Source: a virus. Taken from it: DNA of 64,000 bases. The notes below the pieces were generated by a model. The model made no database searches, was not told the DNA's origin, and saw only the letters and a program-made list of their open reading frames with translations. Positions 31,201 through 40,256 of the stretch are shown piece after piece. The stretch is taken from the IMG/VR virus record IMGVR_UViG_3300031949_000005, positions 103,641 to 167,640 of that record. One strand, written 5' to 3'. The position numbers and the translations under genes were made by a program. Each line of letters opens with the position of its first letter. The first letter of the stretch is position 1.

Positions 31201-31706
31201 TTCCTCCACAAGATAATATCAATAATACATTATTTCTTCAGGTAGCTTCTGGTAATTTCGACAATACCGGCTCATGGACATTATTTTTAAATTCCGATAC
31301 CAGTATATCAGATAGTTTAGATCTTAGAATAAAAGGTCATGCTTCTGGTTCGCTACCTAATGGAATAGATTTTAATGATGCTATAACATTATTCATAAAA
31401 AGAATTCCCGATTTTCCTGCACAAAATGGTTTTACGCCAACATTTGATAAATGGAATTTGTTTTTAAGGGTTCCAGATGGTTCTTTTGGTAATATAACAT
31501 TATTTATTTCTGGTGTTCCCTTGAGCGGTATATTAATTAATAATAATATTAATCTTTTTATTAATGGTTTTGATAATATAGATGAATTTAATACTTTATA
31601 TATATATGGTATTTCAGGATTTATTGATAATAATATAACTCTTTATTTGGATTCTATAGTTAATCCAGATGTTAATAATGTGAAATTATATACTCATGGA
31701 TTTTAG
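28296..31706 (+). CDS. Large tail fibre/adhesin with a LamG-like N-domain and 14-aa repeats
   Basis: WYEIQI...IKVWING...YYDDI; GFxP-type repeats; two blocks of xxDNIxLFIxG; ends LYTHGF. Confidence 0.65.
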   Translation: MARLITAGFETGINQELFANPDVVATTITVTNGAGPTTSQAKNGNYSLACLSTQQIAFDPKATTNEDVFFWKFWLLYENVSGHVDRTIWKDSAAALGYHARLWMNTSGQLVCQGASDGVAIVSGTMVLTSGVWYEIQIEYKTSNTGYIKVWINGDLELSNTTDTKRSTVSQGKWELGHTDVGNNYYYDDIFLNDEDTSIENSTIPLGQKLAFFIVTSDGDLEQWTTVNPSTADHYTNVDEIPFFVGLATSTDRITSTTSGQVDLFNLDQISDDITSESTIDYIYVHATTTHSSAARQRGTIRLSSMNFTYGTDSGSNGTSLRHKYAVWSTNPSTSLPWINTELDSIQIGTTLTAAGGTAQLGNIGLYVEYITIPTINDNITLYMQGPIEQTDNITLVISGPIQITDNITLFINGHETNNDNITLFENGHVDFNDNINLFINGQDTESDNITLFIGEQIFLFNDNIDLYIQGPIQETDNQTLFTHGLDSENDNINLFVTGPIDSIKIEIFRQSVNTSSGIQDLIKTDFGLPKAALLFLSRSDTDGVSDNDACFSIGIVDSERQRSLGVSSAHGVTPTLTRQIFSSQKCILILDPQSGVLEASAELVEFIEDGIRINWLEAPSGAYLLNVILFGGENLNAYVNTFGTPAVVNNSINIGDPGFEPDQLICFGRRTGNEDVISNGPTYSLGLADNGATLKQRSVAFFSPNSSVFGEVAGLVREDYILSFSTLSTILNSAEITAFSSSGFTVFTRVSNGSVSGAYLALSYNDEVQHWIDTVQTPTSLGQTSFTGPGFKPSFVLQLFSRINTLNTINASDNAASKGIGIFTNPTEFSSTISENYGSNPTDTQSLNDNQAVNFPFSDGLSGVVASFVSMDVSGWTLDFSSVDLTSSKFMSLAVEAIPVFEINDNITLFIVASGETQSWNLYLEVGPNDLTNTIELFTYGSPSGTSFSFTSDDINLYLECQADEVTFPPQDNINNTLFLQVASGNFDNTGSWTLFLNSDTSISDSLDLRIKGHASGSLPNGIDFNDAITLFIKRIPDFPAQNGFTPTFDKWNLFLRVPDGSFGNITLFISGVPLSGILINNNINLFINGFDNIDEFNTLYIYGISGFIDNNITLYLDSIVNPDVNNVKLYTHGF

Positions 31707-31717
31707 GAGGTAGATAT

Positions 31718-33445
31718 ATGTCTCTTTCTTACGACGGAAAAAAGATTATACCAGCACCCTTAGTAACTGTTAATAAACAATATACTAAATCTGCTGATGG
31801 TAAAAAAATTGGAACATTATTTAACATAGCTCTACAAGGTACATTAATACCATTTAGAGGATCTCCAAGTGGAAATTATACTTCTTTAGATGTAGCATTT
31901 TGGGATCAAACTGGTTATCCCCCTGATGAAATATTCACTGGTAATAACGAGGATTTTAATCATATATTACGTAAAGAAGAAGCAATCAGATATTTATTTA
32001 GAAATGATGGTAAATCATTAGAATGGCAACCATCTGGTGGTCAACCAGTTGTTAAATGCAATCCCCGTATATCAACTATTAATTTTGGAGAAGGAACATG
32101 GGCCGATAGATGCACTTATACTATTGATCTAGAATCTGATTGGATTTATATAAGTTCTTTAAGCCCAAGCGGAATAGAAGATAATTTTGAAGTTCAGTTA
32201 TTGCAGGACGCACAAGAGGAATGGAGTTTCCAAGAAACCGTTGGTTTTAATGGTATTGTTTATTCAGTTAGTCATACTGTTACAGCAAAGGGGATTGTTG
32301 GTTATGACGAATTAGGGAATCAATATTCTATATCTGGAGAATTACCTGGCGGTGAGGCGTGGCAACATGCGAAACAATGGTGTGACTCTAGGGCTATAGG
32401 AATAATTGATAACGATATAATGTATTCCACAATAGGCTTTAGTGGATGGATTGGTGGAAGTTATACCAAAAGTACCAACGTAGACGAAAGAGGCGGGAAT
32501 TATTCTATAACAGAAACATGGGTACTTTCTCCTGGTAATACTTTTATAGAAAAAGATTTTTCTGTAAATAGAGATATAGATGGAGATATTACTTCTGTAG
32601 TTTATAATGGAAGAATTTTTGGATTAGAAAATGGCGAAAGAGCCGGTGGCGATCAAGCGATAGTTAATGCAAAAACAGCTATACCTTCCGATGCTACCGC
32701 AAAAACAGAAACAGAAAATATACTCAGTGGATTACTAGGCACATATGTATTAGGAACTAGTCCATCTCAAAAGAATATTTCTATCAATGTTAAAGAAGGA
32801 ATAATATCATTTTCTTTTACATGGAGTGCAGATCCAGATGATACTTTTAGAAAAACATGTGAAGCAACATTAAGTTTTGACGATGGAAGCGGAGGATATA
32901 ACCTATCTCTTTCTTGTGATATTCAGGGGAAGGGACCAGATCCAGCAACGAAACTTGCCAACGCTAAAGCGGCCATACCGACTGATGCCAACGCAAGATT
33001 AGATGCCATAGCAATAGTTTTTGACCAAATCCCTTCTGGAATAGTAATTAGTGATACATTACGATCAAAATCAGTATCAATAAATGAAACACAGGGCTCT
33101 ATCAGGGCTTCGTGGAGTTGGAAAAACGAGGATAATGATTTCGGCGATTCTGAAATAAATGTCGAAATAAGCTTCCCAGCAGAGGTAACAGCTATTATAC
33201 CAATTCCTGGTCGAGCCGAGGGGCCAATTATTCAAGATATGGAAACAGAAACCCATAAAGTAGTAACTATTTCATTCGATAGTTCAAATAATTTAACTAA
33301 ACCAGATAATATTACTGTTATATCATTAATGGATACCGCCGGAGAAGTAGAACCTCAATGGATATTAGAGAATGATAAAGAATCTTATTCTCCTACTAGC
33401 AAAAAATATAGTAGAACTAGAACATATATAGCGGTGGAGGCTTAA
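31718..33445 (+). CDS. Tail-tip (distal-tail-like) protein with internal repeats
   Basis: AGGAGG RBS; repeated NAK.AIP.DA.A...SIN..EG.I...W units; follows the tape measure. Confidence 0.5.
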   Translation: MSLSYDGKKIIPAPLVTVNKQYTKSADGKKIGTLFNIALQGTLIPFRGSPSGNYTSLDVAFWDQTGYPPDEIFTGNNEDFNHILRKEEAIRYLFRNDGKSLEWQPSGGQPVVKCNPRISTINFGEGTWADRCTYTIDLESDWIYISSLSPSGIEDNFEVQLLQDAQEEWSFQETVGFNGIVYSVSHTVTAKGIVGYDELGNQYSISGELPGGEAWQHAKQWCDSRAIGIIDNDIMYSTIGFSGWIGGSYTKSTNVDERGGNYSITETWVLSPGNTFIEKDFSVNRDIDGDITSVVYNGRIFGLENGERAGGDQAIVNAKTAIPSDATAKTETENILSGLLGTYVLGTSPSQKNISINVKEGIISFSFTWSADPDDTFRKTCEATLSFDDGSGGYNLSLSCDIQGKGPDPATKLANAKAAIPTDANARLDAIAIVFDQIPSGIVISDTLRSKSVSINETQGSIRASWSWKNEDNDFGDSEINVEISFPAEVTAIIPIPGRAEGPIIQDMETETHKVVTISFDSSNNLTKPDNITVISLMDTAGEVEPQWILENDKESYSPTSKKYSRTRTYIAVEA

Positions 33446-33446
33446 T

Positions 33447-35984
33447 ATGCCAGCGACAACATTAAGTAGTCTAATTCCTGCTAGTCAAAGAACTTTATTC
33501 GGCTGTAGTATTAGAAATCTATCTATAGATTTTGGTGAACAAGAAGATACATATACAGCTACTATTATTAAAGCACCCGGACAAATATTTCAATTACAAG
33601 ATTCGGGCTTTGATTTAGGTCCGTGGATAATAACACAATTCAGTATAGGTAATGCGGACCTTTTGGGAATAGTTCAAAGCTGGGAAGAAAAAGTAGTAGA
33701 TATAAATGGCACTGGTATTTTTGATATAAGAATGAAAATTCCATCAACATTTTTTATGGAAAATATAAAAATAGTTTCTAATCCAGATATTTCAAGTTTT
33801 ACCATAGAAGATACAACGGTTAATATGGCCACAAATACTTTGATAGAAAATGTTTCTGGCGTCAAAATAACCGATATATTTAATGCTATTCAAGATTTTA
33901 TATTTTTTATTGATAACATTGAAATAAAATTTGATTTTACTAATATACAATCAGAATTAAATAATCTTAATAATTATCGAATCCGTAAGCTTAATTATAC
34001 ATTAGCTGATATTATTAATCAATTAACCTTTGATTATGGTTTAAATTATTCATTTAATTTTGGATTTGAAGATAATGTTTTGAATATTGCAATTATAATA
34101 GACAATGAGATAGAAATAGATACATCTGATTTGGATGGTGCTCAATCGGCGATAGATTATATTCTTGATAAACAATCTGATAAGATAATAAATATAACCC
34201 AAGGATTTGAATCCCACGGAATAACAAGAGAAACTGCTTCTGTTAATGATATTATCAGATATAGGGGTGGTTATAAACAAGAATTACTTGCAATCGGTGG
34301 TACAATTAGTGGTGTTGCAATTAATGGTCTTAAACAATTTTGGGGGTTTGATGAAAACAATAATTTGTTAACTCAACCCACTATCTTTTTAGGTGATGAT
34401 TTAACAAGACCAAAAACTATTAGTATAGCCGACTTAGAAGGCATAGTTAATCAAACACTATTTATTGATTTACCATCTCCACCAGGTAGAAGTTTAGAAG
34501 AAGTAAAACAAATAATTTATATTAAAGAAAATCTTTGGGGAAGAAAATTTGTAATTGATGAAGATAAATTTTTTGAATTATATCAGTCTCAACTTTCTTT
34601 ATTACAACCAACTCCTTTTGGATGGTCTGAACAAAATACAGATGTATCTAATAGTATAAAATTAAGACAATTATTACAAAATCCGGATGGTAGAATTTCT
34701 AGTTATATTGTTCTTCCATCTTTAAATACGATAGAAACAGTATCTAGTGGCTCTACGACATCTTTTATTCAAAGATTAGATAGGGAATGGGATGAAAGTG
34801 TTATACTATCACCAAATATTGTACTAAGACGTGGTTTTTTTTATATGAGTGTAAGTGTCGAGAAGATTAATGGATTTTTTATCGTTACTCTACCAGTTGC
34901 ATTAACATATCACGCAGTATTAACGGTTTTTAGATCACAGGGTGGAACATCTTTATTAAAATTAATCGAGCAATCTAAATTTGATGGAAGGCCCCTATTT
35001 TTAAATAATGCATTTATAGCATTTTTAAATCAAAGAAAAAGATATGGCCCATTCATATTCTATAAAGGAACACAAATTAGTAGTATTAGTCCTCTATTGC
35101 AAGATTCTAATTTTGAAAAATTTGATATTATTGATGATGAATTAGTTCCATGGAATTTTAGCGATGGACTATCTAATAATACTAATGCTAATAACAATAT
35201 TGATTTATTTTTAAAGAAACAAGAGACATCTGCTACTTCCCCAAGAACATCATCATTATTTAAAACTGGAAGCATAGAAGTCGCCGATTTACCATTAGAT
35301 AAAATATTATTAAAAAGAAAATTTCCATATGAAATAGGTGTTAATCGTTTAAATATATCTTTTGGAATAAATGGTATAAGAACGTTATATAAAATAGGAT
35401 TACCACATAGGATAGATAGTTTAGACAATTTGAATGAAGAAAATAATTTTTCTTTATTAAATTTGAGAAGAAGAATAGCTGCTGTAGAAACATTATTGAA
35501 CGAGTGGGGTGGACGACCAAGATTTAGATATGGTAAAAAACTAGATAGTTTTATAGAAATTGTTAGAGATGAAATTTCTTTAGCACTTGAACCAAAAGAA
35601 AAACAGATAGATGAGCTTTTGGCTGACCAAAAGGGTGAAAATGAATTATCCTTAAATAAAGCCGATAGAGCATATGTTTATAAAAAACCAGAGGGTGGAC
35701 TTGGCGTTATTGTAGATGTTGAACAGGGTGGTCCATTTTATACCGTGAACAGATTAAATTATGCCGATATAGACCCAAACACTTTTGCTGGTGGATTAAA
35801 TATAAGTGAAAGCTATTTCTTCTCCGAATGGAAGCATGTAAGAAATTTGGCAGAAGATGCGGATAGTCCTGGCTTTTTACTACCAGGGACACGAGTTACA
35901 GTTAGTATTTTTGCGGATAAAGAAGAAGGGCCATTTGTACCATATATGGAAGTAACACCCCCGGTATTTGCGCCTCCAATATAA
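33447..35984 (+). CDS. Putative baseplate hub/tail-tip protein
   Basis: LFGCSI..., DELVPWNF, GSIEVADLP, ISFGINGIRT.Y; position in the tail module. Confidence 0.45.
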   Translation: MPATTLSSLIPASQRTLFGCSIRNLSIDFGEQEDTYTATIIKAPGQIFQLQDSGFDLGPWIITQFSIGNADLLGIVQSWEEKVVDINGTGIFDIRMKIPSTFFMENIKIVSNPDISSFTIEDTTVNMATNTLIENVSGVKITDIFNAIQDFIFFIDNIEIKFDFTNIQSELNNLNNYRIRKLNYTLADIINQLTFDYGLNYSFNFGFEDNVLNIAIIIDNEIEIDTSDLDGAQSAIDYILDKQSDKIINITQGFESHGITRETASVNDIIRYRGGYKQELLAIGGTISGVAINGLKQFWGFDENNNLLTQPTIFLGDDLTRPKTISIADLEGIVNQTLFIDLPSPPGRSLEEVKQIIYIKENLWGRKFVIDEDKFFELYQSQLSLLQPTPFGWSEQNTDVSNSIKLRQLLQNPDGRISSYIVLPSLNTIETVSSGSTTSFIQRLDREWDESVILSPNIVLRRGFFYMSVSVEKINGFFIVTLPVALTYHAVLTVFRSQGGTSLLKLIEQSKFDGRPLFLNNAFIAFLNQRKRYGPFIFYKGTQISSISPLLQDSNFEKFDIIDDELVPWNFSDGLSNNTNANNNIDLFLKKQETSATSPRTSSLFKTGSIEVADLPLDKILLKRKFPYEIGVNRLNISFGINGIRTLYKIGLPHRIDSLDNLNEENNFSLLNLRRRIAAVETLLNEWGGRPRFRYGKKLDSFIEIVRDEISLALEPKEKQIDELLADQKGENELSLNKADRAYVYKKPEGGLGVIVDVEQGGPFYTVNRLNYADIDPNTFAGGLNISESYFFSEWKHVRNLAEDADSPGFLLPGTRVTVSIFADKEEGPFVPYMEVTPPVFAPPI

Positions 35985-35995
35985 TGAGATAAAAT

Positions 35996-37564
35996 ATGGC
36001 TATATCAATCTTAGATTCACCGACAATATTTACTTGTGTACATGGATATAATCCATTTACTCCCGATGCTGGTATATTTTGTGGAGGATATCAAGGCCCA
36101 ATGTATCCTAATCCAATGACATTAATATTGCCAGATATTGATTTTGATCCAAAGCAATTCCAACGAGCTATGGCTACTCCATATATTATGAAAAATACTG
36201 GTGATATTTACGAGGGAATAGGGGTAGGCAATCCTAGTATAAATTATAGAAATCCTGGTCATATTTTAGGAATTATGGATACTTATGGTAGAATGTCATA
36301 TGGTATTGGAATCATTAAGGCGGCAAGAGATGAAGAATTGGGTTCGACAATAACCCCGCCCGTCACCATTACATTAAATCTATTAAAACTAGGACCAGAT
36401 TTACATTCTTCTCCTGCCACACTTACTTTTGATAATCTATATCCATCCTTTTCAGAAAAACCATCAGATTATTTGGATGCTTTTACTGATGGTGATTCTT
36501 TATTATTAGATCCAAGAGAAGATGAACCCTATATTTTTACTGGAACTAAACACCAACCTATTGTTAATTTAATAGACATGCAATCTATATTTTTGAATAT
36601 TTTAACGAGATCATATTACGGAATTCCAGAAACTTTTCAAGAAGCTATGTCTGGACTAGTAGATACAGCGAGTGATTTTAATAATGATATAGTTATAGAA
36701 TTAACGACAGATGGGTTAGGTGGAACGATAGGACAACAAGTAGATTCATTACCAAACCCAATAGATGATATGTCTCAAATTGATCAGCCCGCTTCTCCGG
36801 TAATAGAGTTTCTAAGTGATGATCTTGGACAATATGAATATAAAAATAAATGTAATGCCATAAATGTTGTTGATGCATTAAAAATAACCACAGGAGAAGA
36901 TCAATTTCATCCAGCTATTAATAATACTTACGAATATAGGACATTAACCGAATTAAATTCTGTGATAAATATATTACCAGTACAAACCCATGCACTAAAA
37001 TATGTTTTTGAAGCAGATACTACAAATACTATTTGGCCATTAGTAAGCTGTGCTTATTATGTGCAATATTTTATATGCGATATATGTATTAATACTTTTC
37101 AAAAGGGTTCAATAACAATAGGCGGTAATGCAAGAATAACAAGTCTTGAATCCGATCTTTCGAGTCCTCTTCTTTTAACACACGTAGAAAGACAGTTTTT
37201 GCTTTCAACATCTTTAACAAATAAATTCACTTGGGATAGAGCTTGGTTTGGTTTAGATGAAATTAATACTACTAGCATTTTGGAACAAAATAACTTTTAT
37301 TTATCAGAAGCAATAGAGGATGATACAATTGCAATAGCACCTGGTTTAGATTATGATTTATTAACACCATTTACTGATTTTGGTTTTAATAAGTCTTTTA
37401 ACGTTGGCGATGGGGCGCATAGTATAAGAACTAGAATAATTGCTAAATCAAAAGTTTTATCGTTTTTTGGTCAGCCAACCGTAAATGGTCATGAATTACT
37501 TGAATTAACACTTAATATTGATGGAATAAACTTTAATTTAACATATAATTTTGAACTAAGTTAA
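35996..37564 (+). CDS. Hypothetical acidic tail-associated protein
   Basis: 522-aa ORF in the tail module. Confidence 0.5.
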   Translation: MAISILDSPTIFTCVHGYNPFTPDAGIFCGGYQGPMYPNPMTLILPDIDFDPKQFQRAMATPYIMKNTGDIYEGIGVGNPSINYRNPGHILGIMDTYGRMSYGIGIIKAARDEELGSTITPPVTITLNLLKLGPDLHSSPATLTFDNLYPSFSEKPSDYLDAFTDGDSLLLDPREDEPYIFTGTKHQPIVNLIDMQSIFLNILTRSYYGIPETFQEAMSGLVDTASDFNNDIVIELTTDGLGGTIGQQVDSLPNPIDDMSQIDQPASPVIEFLSDDLGQYEYKNKCNAINVVDALKITTGEDQFHPAINNTYEYRTLTELNSVINILPVQTHALKYVFEADTTNTIWPLVSCAYYVQYFICDICINTFQKGSITIGGNARITSLESDLSSPLLLTHVERQFLLSTSLTNKFTWDRAWFGLDEINTTSILEQNNFYLSEAIEDDTIAIAPGLDYDLLTPFTDFGFNKSFNVGDGAHSIRTRIIAKSKVLSFFGQPTVNGHELLELTLNIDGINFNLTYNFELS

Positions 37565-37565
37565 T

Positions 37566-37576
37566 GTGTATAAAAT
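37566..37576 (+). promoter_or_regulatory. GTGTATAAAAT promoter motif
   Basis: Intergenic, ahead of GGAGG and ATG 37592. Confidence 0.55.
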
Positions 37577-37591
37577 AATGGAGGAATTTAG

Positions 37592-38215
37592 ATGTCATTA
37601 TCTATATATGTAGGTGAAGATCAATTATTGCCGTCTACTTCTGGTATTGGATTTTTCGGAGAAGATGGTTTTGGATCTCCTGTCCTAATAGGAGAATACC
37701 AAGGAAGAACTTTTGTAACAAATTCCAGTGGTACTATTGAGGGATTTGAATGTAATAATAATAGATTTGTATCATTATCTGGCGTTATCAATGGTCAAGA
37801 TGGTTCGGGAATAACTTTAACAAGTTTGCCCAATAGATTAGCTACAATCAATATAAGATTAGAAACACCAAATGTCGTAAGAACTTTAAATGGTAGATTT
37901 TATATTTTTGATGGTACTTTTAATGGTTCTAACCCTAATATAGATAACGATCCTTCTGGCTTAACATGCTATTGTGCTGAAATAAGACATACCAGCGATA
38001 TACAGGACGACGACGGTGTTGGCGATACAGAATGGTTTGATACCCATGGGTCAACATTTCTTGCAACTATTAGTTCACCTGGTTCTGGCGGATTTAGACC
38101 AGATGGTAGTTTAACATTGGATACAAGGCACGACTGGTATATCTCTATAACCGTAACGCCAATACAGTTTGGAAATAAAGAATTTGGAATGTATTTTGAG
38201 GTAGAATATTTATAA
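37592..38215 (+). CDS. Virion structural protein, paralog of 38573
   Basis: SGIGFFG..GFGSPV.IGEYQ..TFVTN...SSPGSGG...DTRHDWY...FGMYFEVEYL. Confidence 0.65.
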   Translation: MSLSIYVGEDQLLPSTSGIGFFGEDGFGSPVLIGEYQGRTFVTNSSGTIEGFECNNNRFVSLSGVINGQDGSGITLTSLPNRLATINIRLETPNVVRTLNGRFYIFDGTFNGSNPNIDNDPSGLTCYCAEIRHTSDIQDDDGVGDTEWFDTHGSTFLATISSPGSGGFRPDGSLTLDTRHDWYISITVTPIQFGNKEFGMYFEVEYL

Positions 38216-38464
38216 AATCTTACTTAATCTTTTAATACGACATTTTTCTGACCAATCTCTACTTCTATCTTCTATTAATTTACCCTTTTGTTGATCTGTT
38301 AATATAATATCTCTTATCCATCGCCTAAGTGATGTTTTAGGTACTTTTAATATTTCACATATTCTATTTTGAGATAATCCCAAGGTTCTTAAATATATAG
38401 CTTCTTCTTTTAAAGATCCCTTTATTATAAATCCTATACTATTATCAAGTATATTATCTTCCAT
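38210..38464 (-). pseudogene. Short antisense HTH ORF, probable truncated endonuclease remnant
   Basis: LRTLGLSQNRICEILKVPKTSLRRWIRDI HTH; own GTGTATAA motif at 38478-38471; stop overlaps the neighbour's 3' end. Confidence 0.5.
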
Positions 38465-38517
38465 AAATCTTTATACACCAATGGTGGTGCCAAATCTTTA
38501 TTAATAAATATTTAAAT

Positions 38518-38528
38518 GTGTATAAAAT
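38518..38528 (+). promoter_or_regulatory. GTGTATAAAAT promoter motif
   Basis: Intergenic, ahead of GAGGAG and ATG 38573. Confidence 0.55.
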
Positions 38529-38572
38529 ACTGTGATATTAGATTAAATTGTTTTAATTGAGAGGAGAATATA

Positions 38573-39214
38573 ATGGCGGCTGCTATTGATTTTTTTGCTG
38601 GTTCTGGAAGTAATGAGATAGACTTAGCAGGTTCTGGTCTTGGGTTTTTTGGTGCTACATTTGGTTCGTCTGTACAAGTTAGTCAGTATCAAGATACCAC
38701 ATTTATTACAAACGGCGTTGGTTCTGTTAACGGCGGACAGGCCGATAACCTAAAATATGTCGGCACAACTAGCGGCGTTAGTATTAATGGTGGCGCAACC
38801 GTCGATTTAACCACGGTGCCACAAGTTTCTGGTACATTAAATACTAGATTTACTTTCGACACTGTTGTTAAGACACAAAATGGTGAATTAAGAATTTATG
38901 ATAGAACTACGATTGATAATGGTCCCAGCGGTGTTACGTGTAGAGCCTCCCAGATAGTCAATGGCGGATCAGGCGTTAATCCAACAACTGGTGCAGCACA
39001 AACATGGAATGCTGGTGATGATGGTTGGAGAGTCTTAGCTGGTTCTGGAACAACTATGCGATTACTAGCAGCCCCAGGAAGCGGCGGATTAAGCCCAAGC
39101 GGCGTTGATACCACGGATACTAGACATGATTGGTATGCGGCGTTATCGGCTTCTCCCGACAGCATCGGGTCCAAGACATTATTCGGACTTTATGTTTCAC
39201 TTGAATATCTTTAA
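38573..39214 (+). CDS. Virion structural protein (probably abundant), paralog of 37592
   Basis: GSGLGFFG..FGSSV.V.QYQ.TTFITN...APGSGG...DTRHDWY...FGLYVSLEYL; own promoter and terminator. Confidence 0.65.
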   Translation: MAAAIDFFAGSGSNEIDLAGSGLGFFGATFGSSVQVSQYQDTTFITNGVGSVNGGQADNLKYVGTTSGVSINGGATVDLTTVPQVSGTLNTRFTFDTVVKTQNGELRIYDRTTIDNGPSGVTCRASQIVNGGSGVNPTTGAAQTWNAGDDGWRVLAGSGTTMRLLAAPGSGGLSPSGVDTTDTRHDWYAALSASPDSIGSKTLFGLYVSLEYL

Positions 39215-39248
39215 GCTTCAATTTGTAAAGTAAAGATTTAACTAAGAG

Positions 39249-39279
39249 ATAAACCCGGAGAAATCCGGGTTTATTTTTT
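39249..39279 (+). terminator. Rho-independent terminator
   Basis: ATAAACCCGGA-gaaa-TCCGGGTTTAT followed by a T run. Confidence 0.85.
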
Positions 39280-39323
39280 AAAAATAATAATTAAAAGCTA
39301 TATTATGATTAAAGGAGAAATTT

Positions 39324-40241
39324 TTGACATCGAAACACAAAGGAATATATTATAAAAACGAACCCGGCAGACAAAAACGCTGGTGTGCAAGAATTATGGT
39401 TCAAGGAAAGAAACATAATATTGGAACGTTTCTGACAGAGGAAGAAGCTGTAGAAGCCTATTTAAAATTCGTAGAAGAAAATAAGGATAACTTACCCGAC
39501 AGGGCTAAAAATATCACCAAAAATCAATCAGATTTACCAAGAAACAAAGATGGGATGATAGAAAGAGTTTGTTCTGATTGTGGAAGAATAGATTACTTTG
39601 AAAAGATTCCTGGTTCAGATAAATGTAAATCTTGTGCAATAAAAGAATCTTTTAAACATAGGCCAGCGGTCGGGTTAAAACAAATAAATAATATATACGA
39701 AATAGCTAAAGAATATGAATATGGAATAGGGTTAAATGAATTAGGTAAAAAATATGGTTTATCCGCCATGACGATTAGGACGAAATTAATACAATCAGGA
39801 TATACTACAAGAAATAAAAGAGAAGCCAATTTACACAATCCCAAAAGATCAGAAATAAATAATAAAATTAGTCATACATTAACAAATAAATATAATGACA
39901 TAGAAGAAAGAAAGAAAATTAGTGCTAAAAGACAAGGAATTTCAACAGAACAATGGAAAGAATTTACAACCCCAGAAAATAAAAGATTTTATAAATCACC
40001 AGAATATAAAGAATGGCGCAAACAAGTATTAAAAAATTTCGATTTTACATGTCAATTATGTAAAAAAAGAGGTGGAAAATTACAATCCCATCATATCAAG
40101 CCAAAATGCAAATTTCCAGAGCTTAAATTAGAAATATCAAATGGTGTCTGTTTATGCCATGAGTGTCACAATAAAACCAAAAACATAGAACATGAATATG
40201 AACAATTCTTCCTAGATATAATCTCTAAAAATAGTGTATAA
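39324..40241 (+). CDS. HNH homing endonuclease with an N-terminal AP2-like domain
   Basis: SKHKGIY...WCARI...IGTF.TEEEA..AY; CQLC...LQSHHI...NGVCLC.ECH; TTG start after AGGAG. Confidence 0.85.
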   Translation: MTSKHKGIYYKNEPGRQKRWCARIMVQGKKHNIGTFLTEEEAVEAYLKFVEENKDNLPDRAKNITKNQSDLPRNKDGMIERVCSDCGRIDYFEKIPGSDKCKSCAIKESFKHRPAVGLKQINNIYEIAKEYEYGIGLNELGKKYGLSAMTIRTKLIQSGYTTRNKREANLHNPKRSEINNKISHTLTNKYNDIEERKKISAKRQGISTEQWKEFTTPENKRFYKSPEYKEWRKQVLKNFDFTCQLCKKRGGKLQSHHIKPKCKFPELKLEISNGVCLCHECHNKTKNIEHEYEQFFLDIISKNSV

Positions 40242-40242
40242 T
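40234..40242 (+). promoter_or_regulatory. GTGTATAAT motif overlapping the HNH stop codon
   Basis: AGT GTA TAA T. Confidence 0.55.
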
Positions 40243-40256
40243 TGAATGGTGATATT

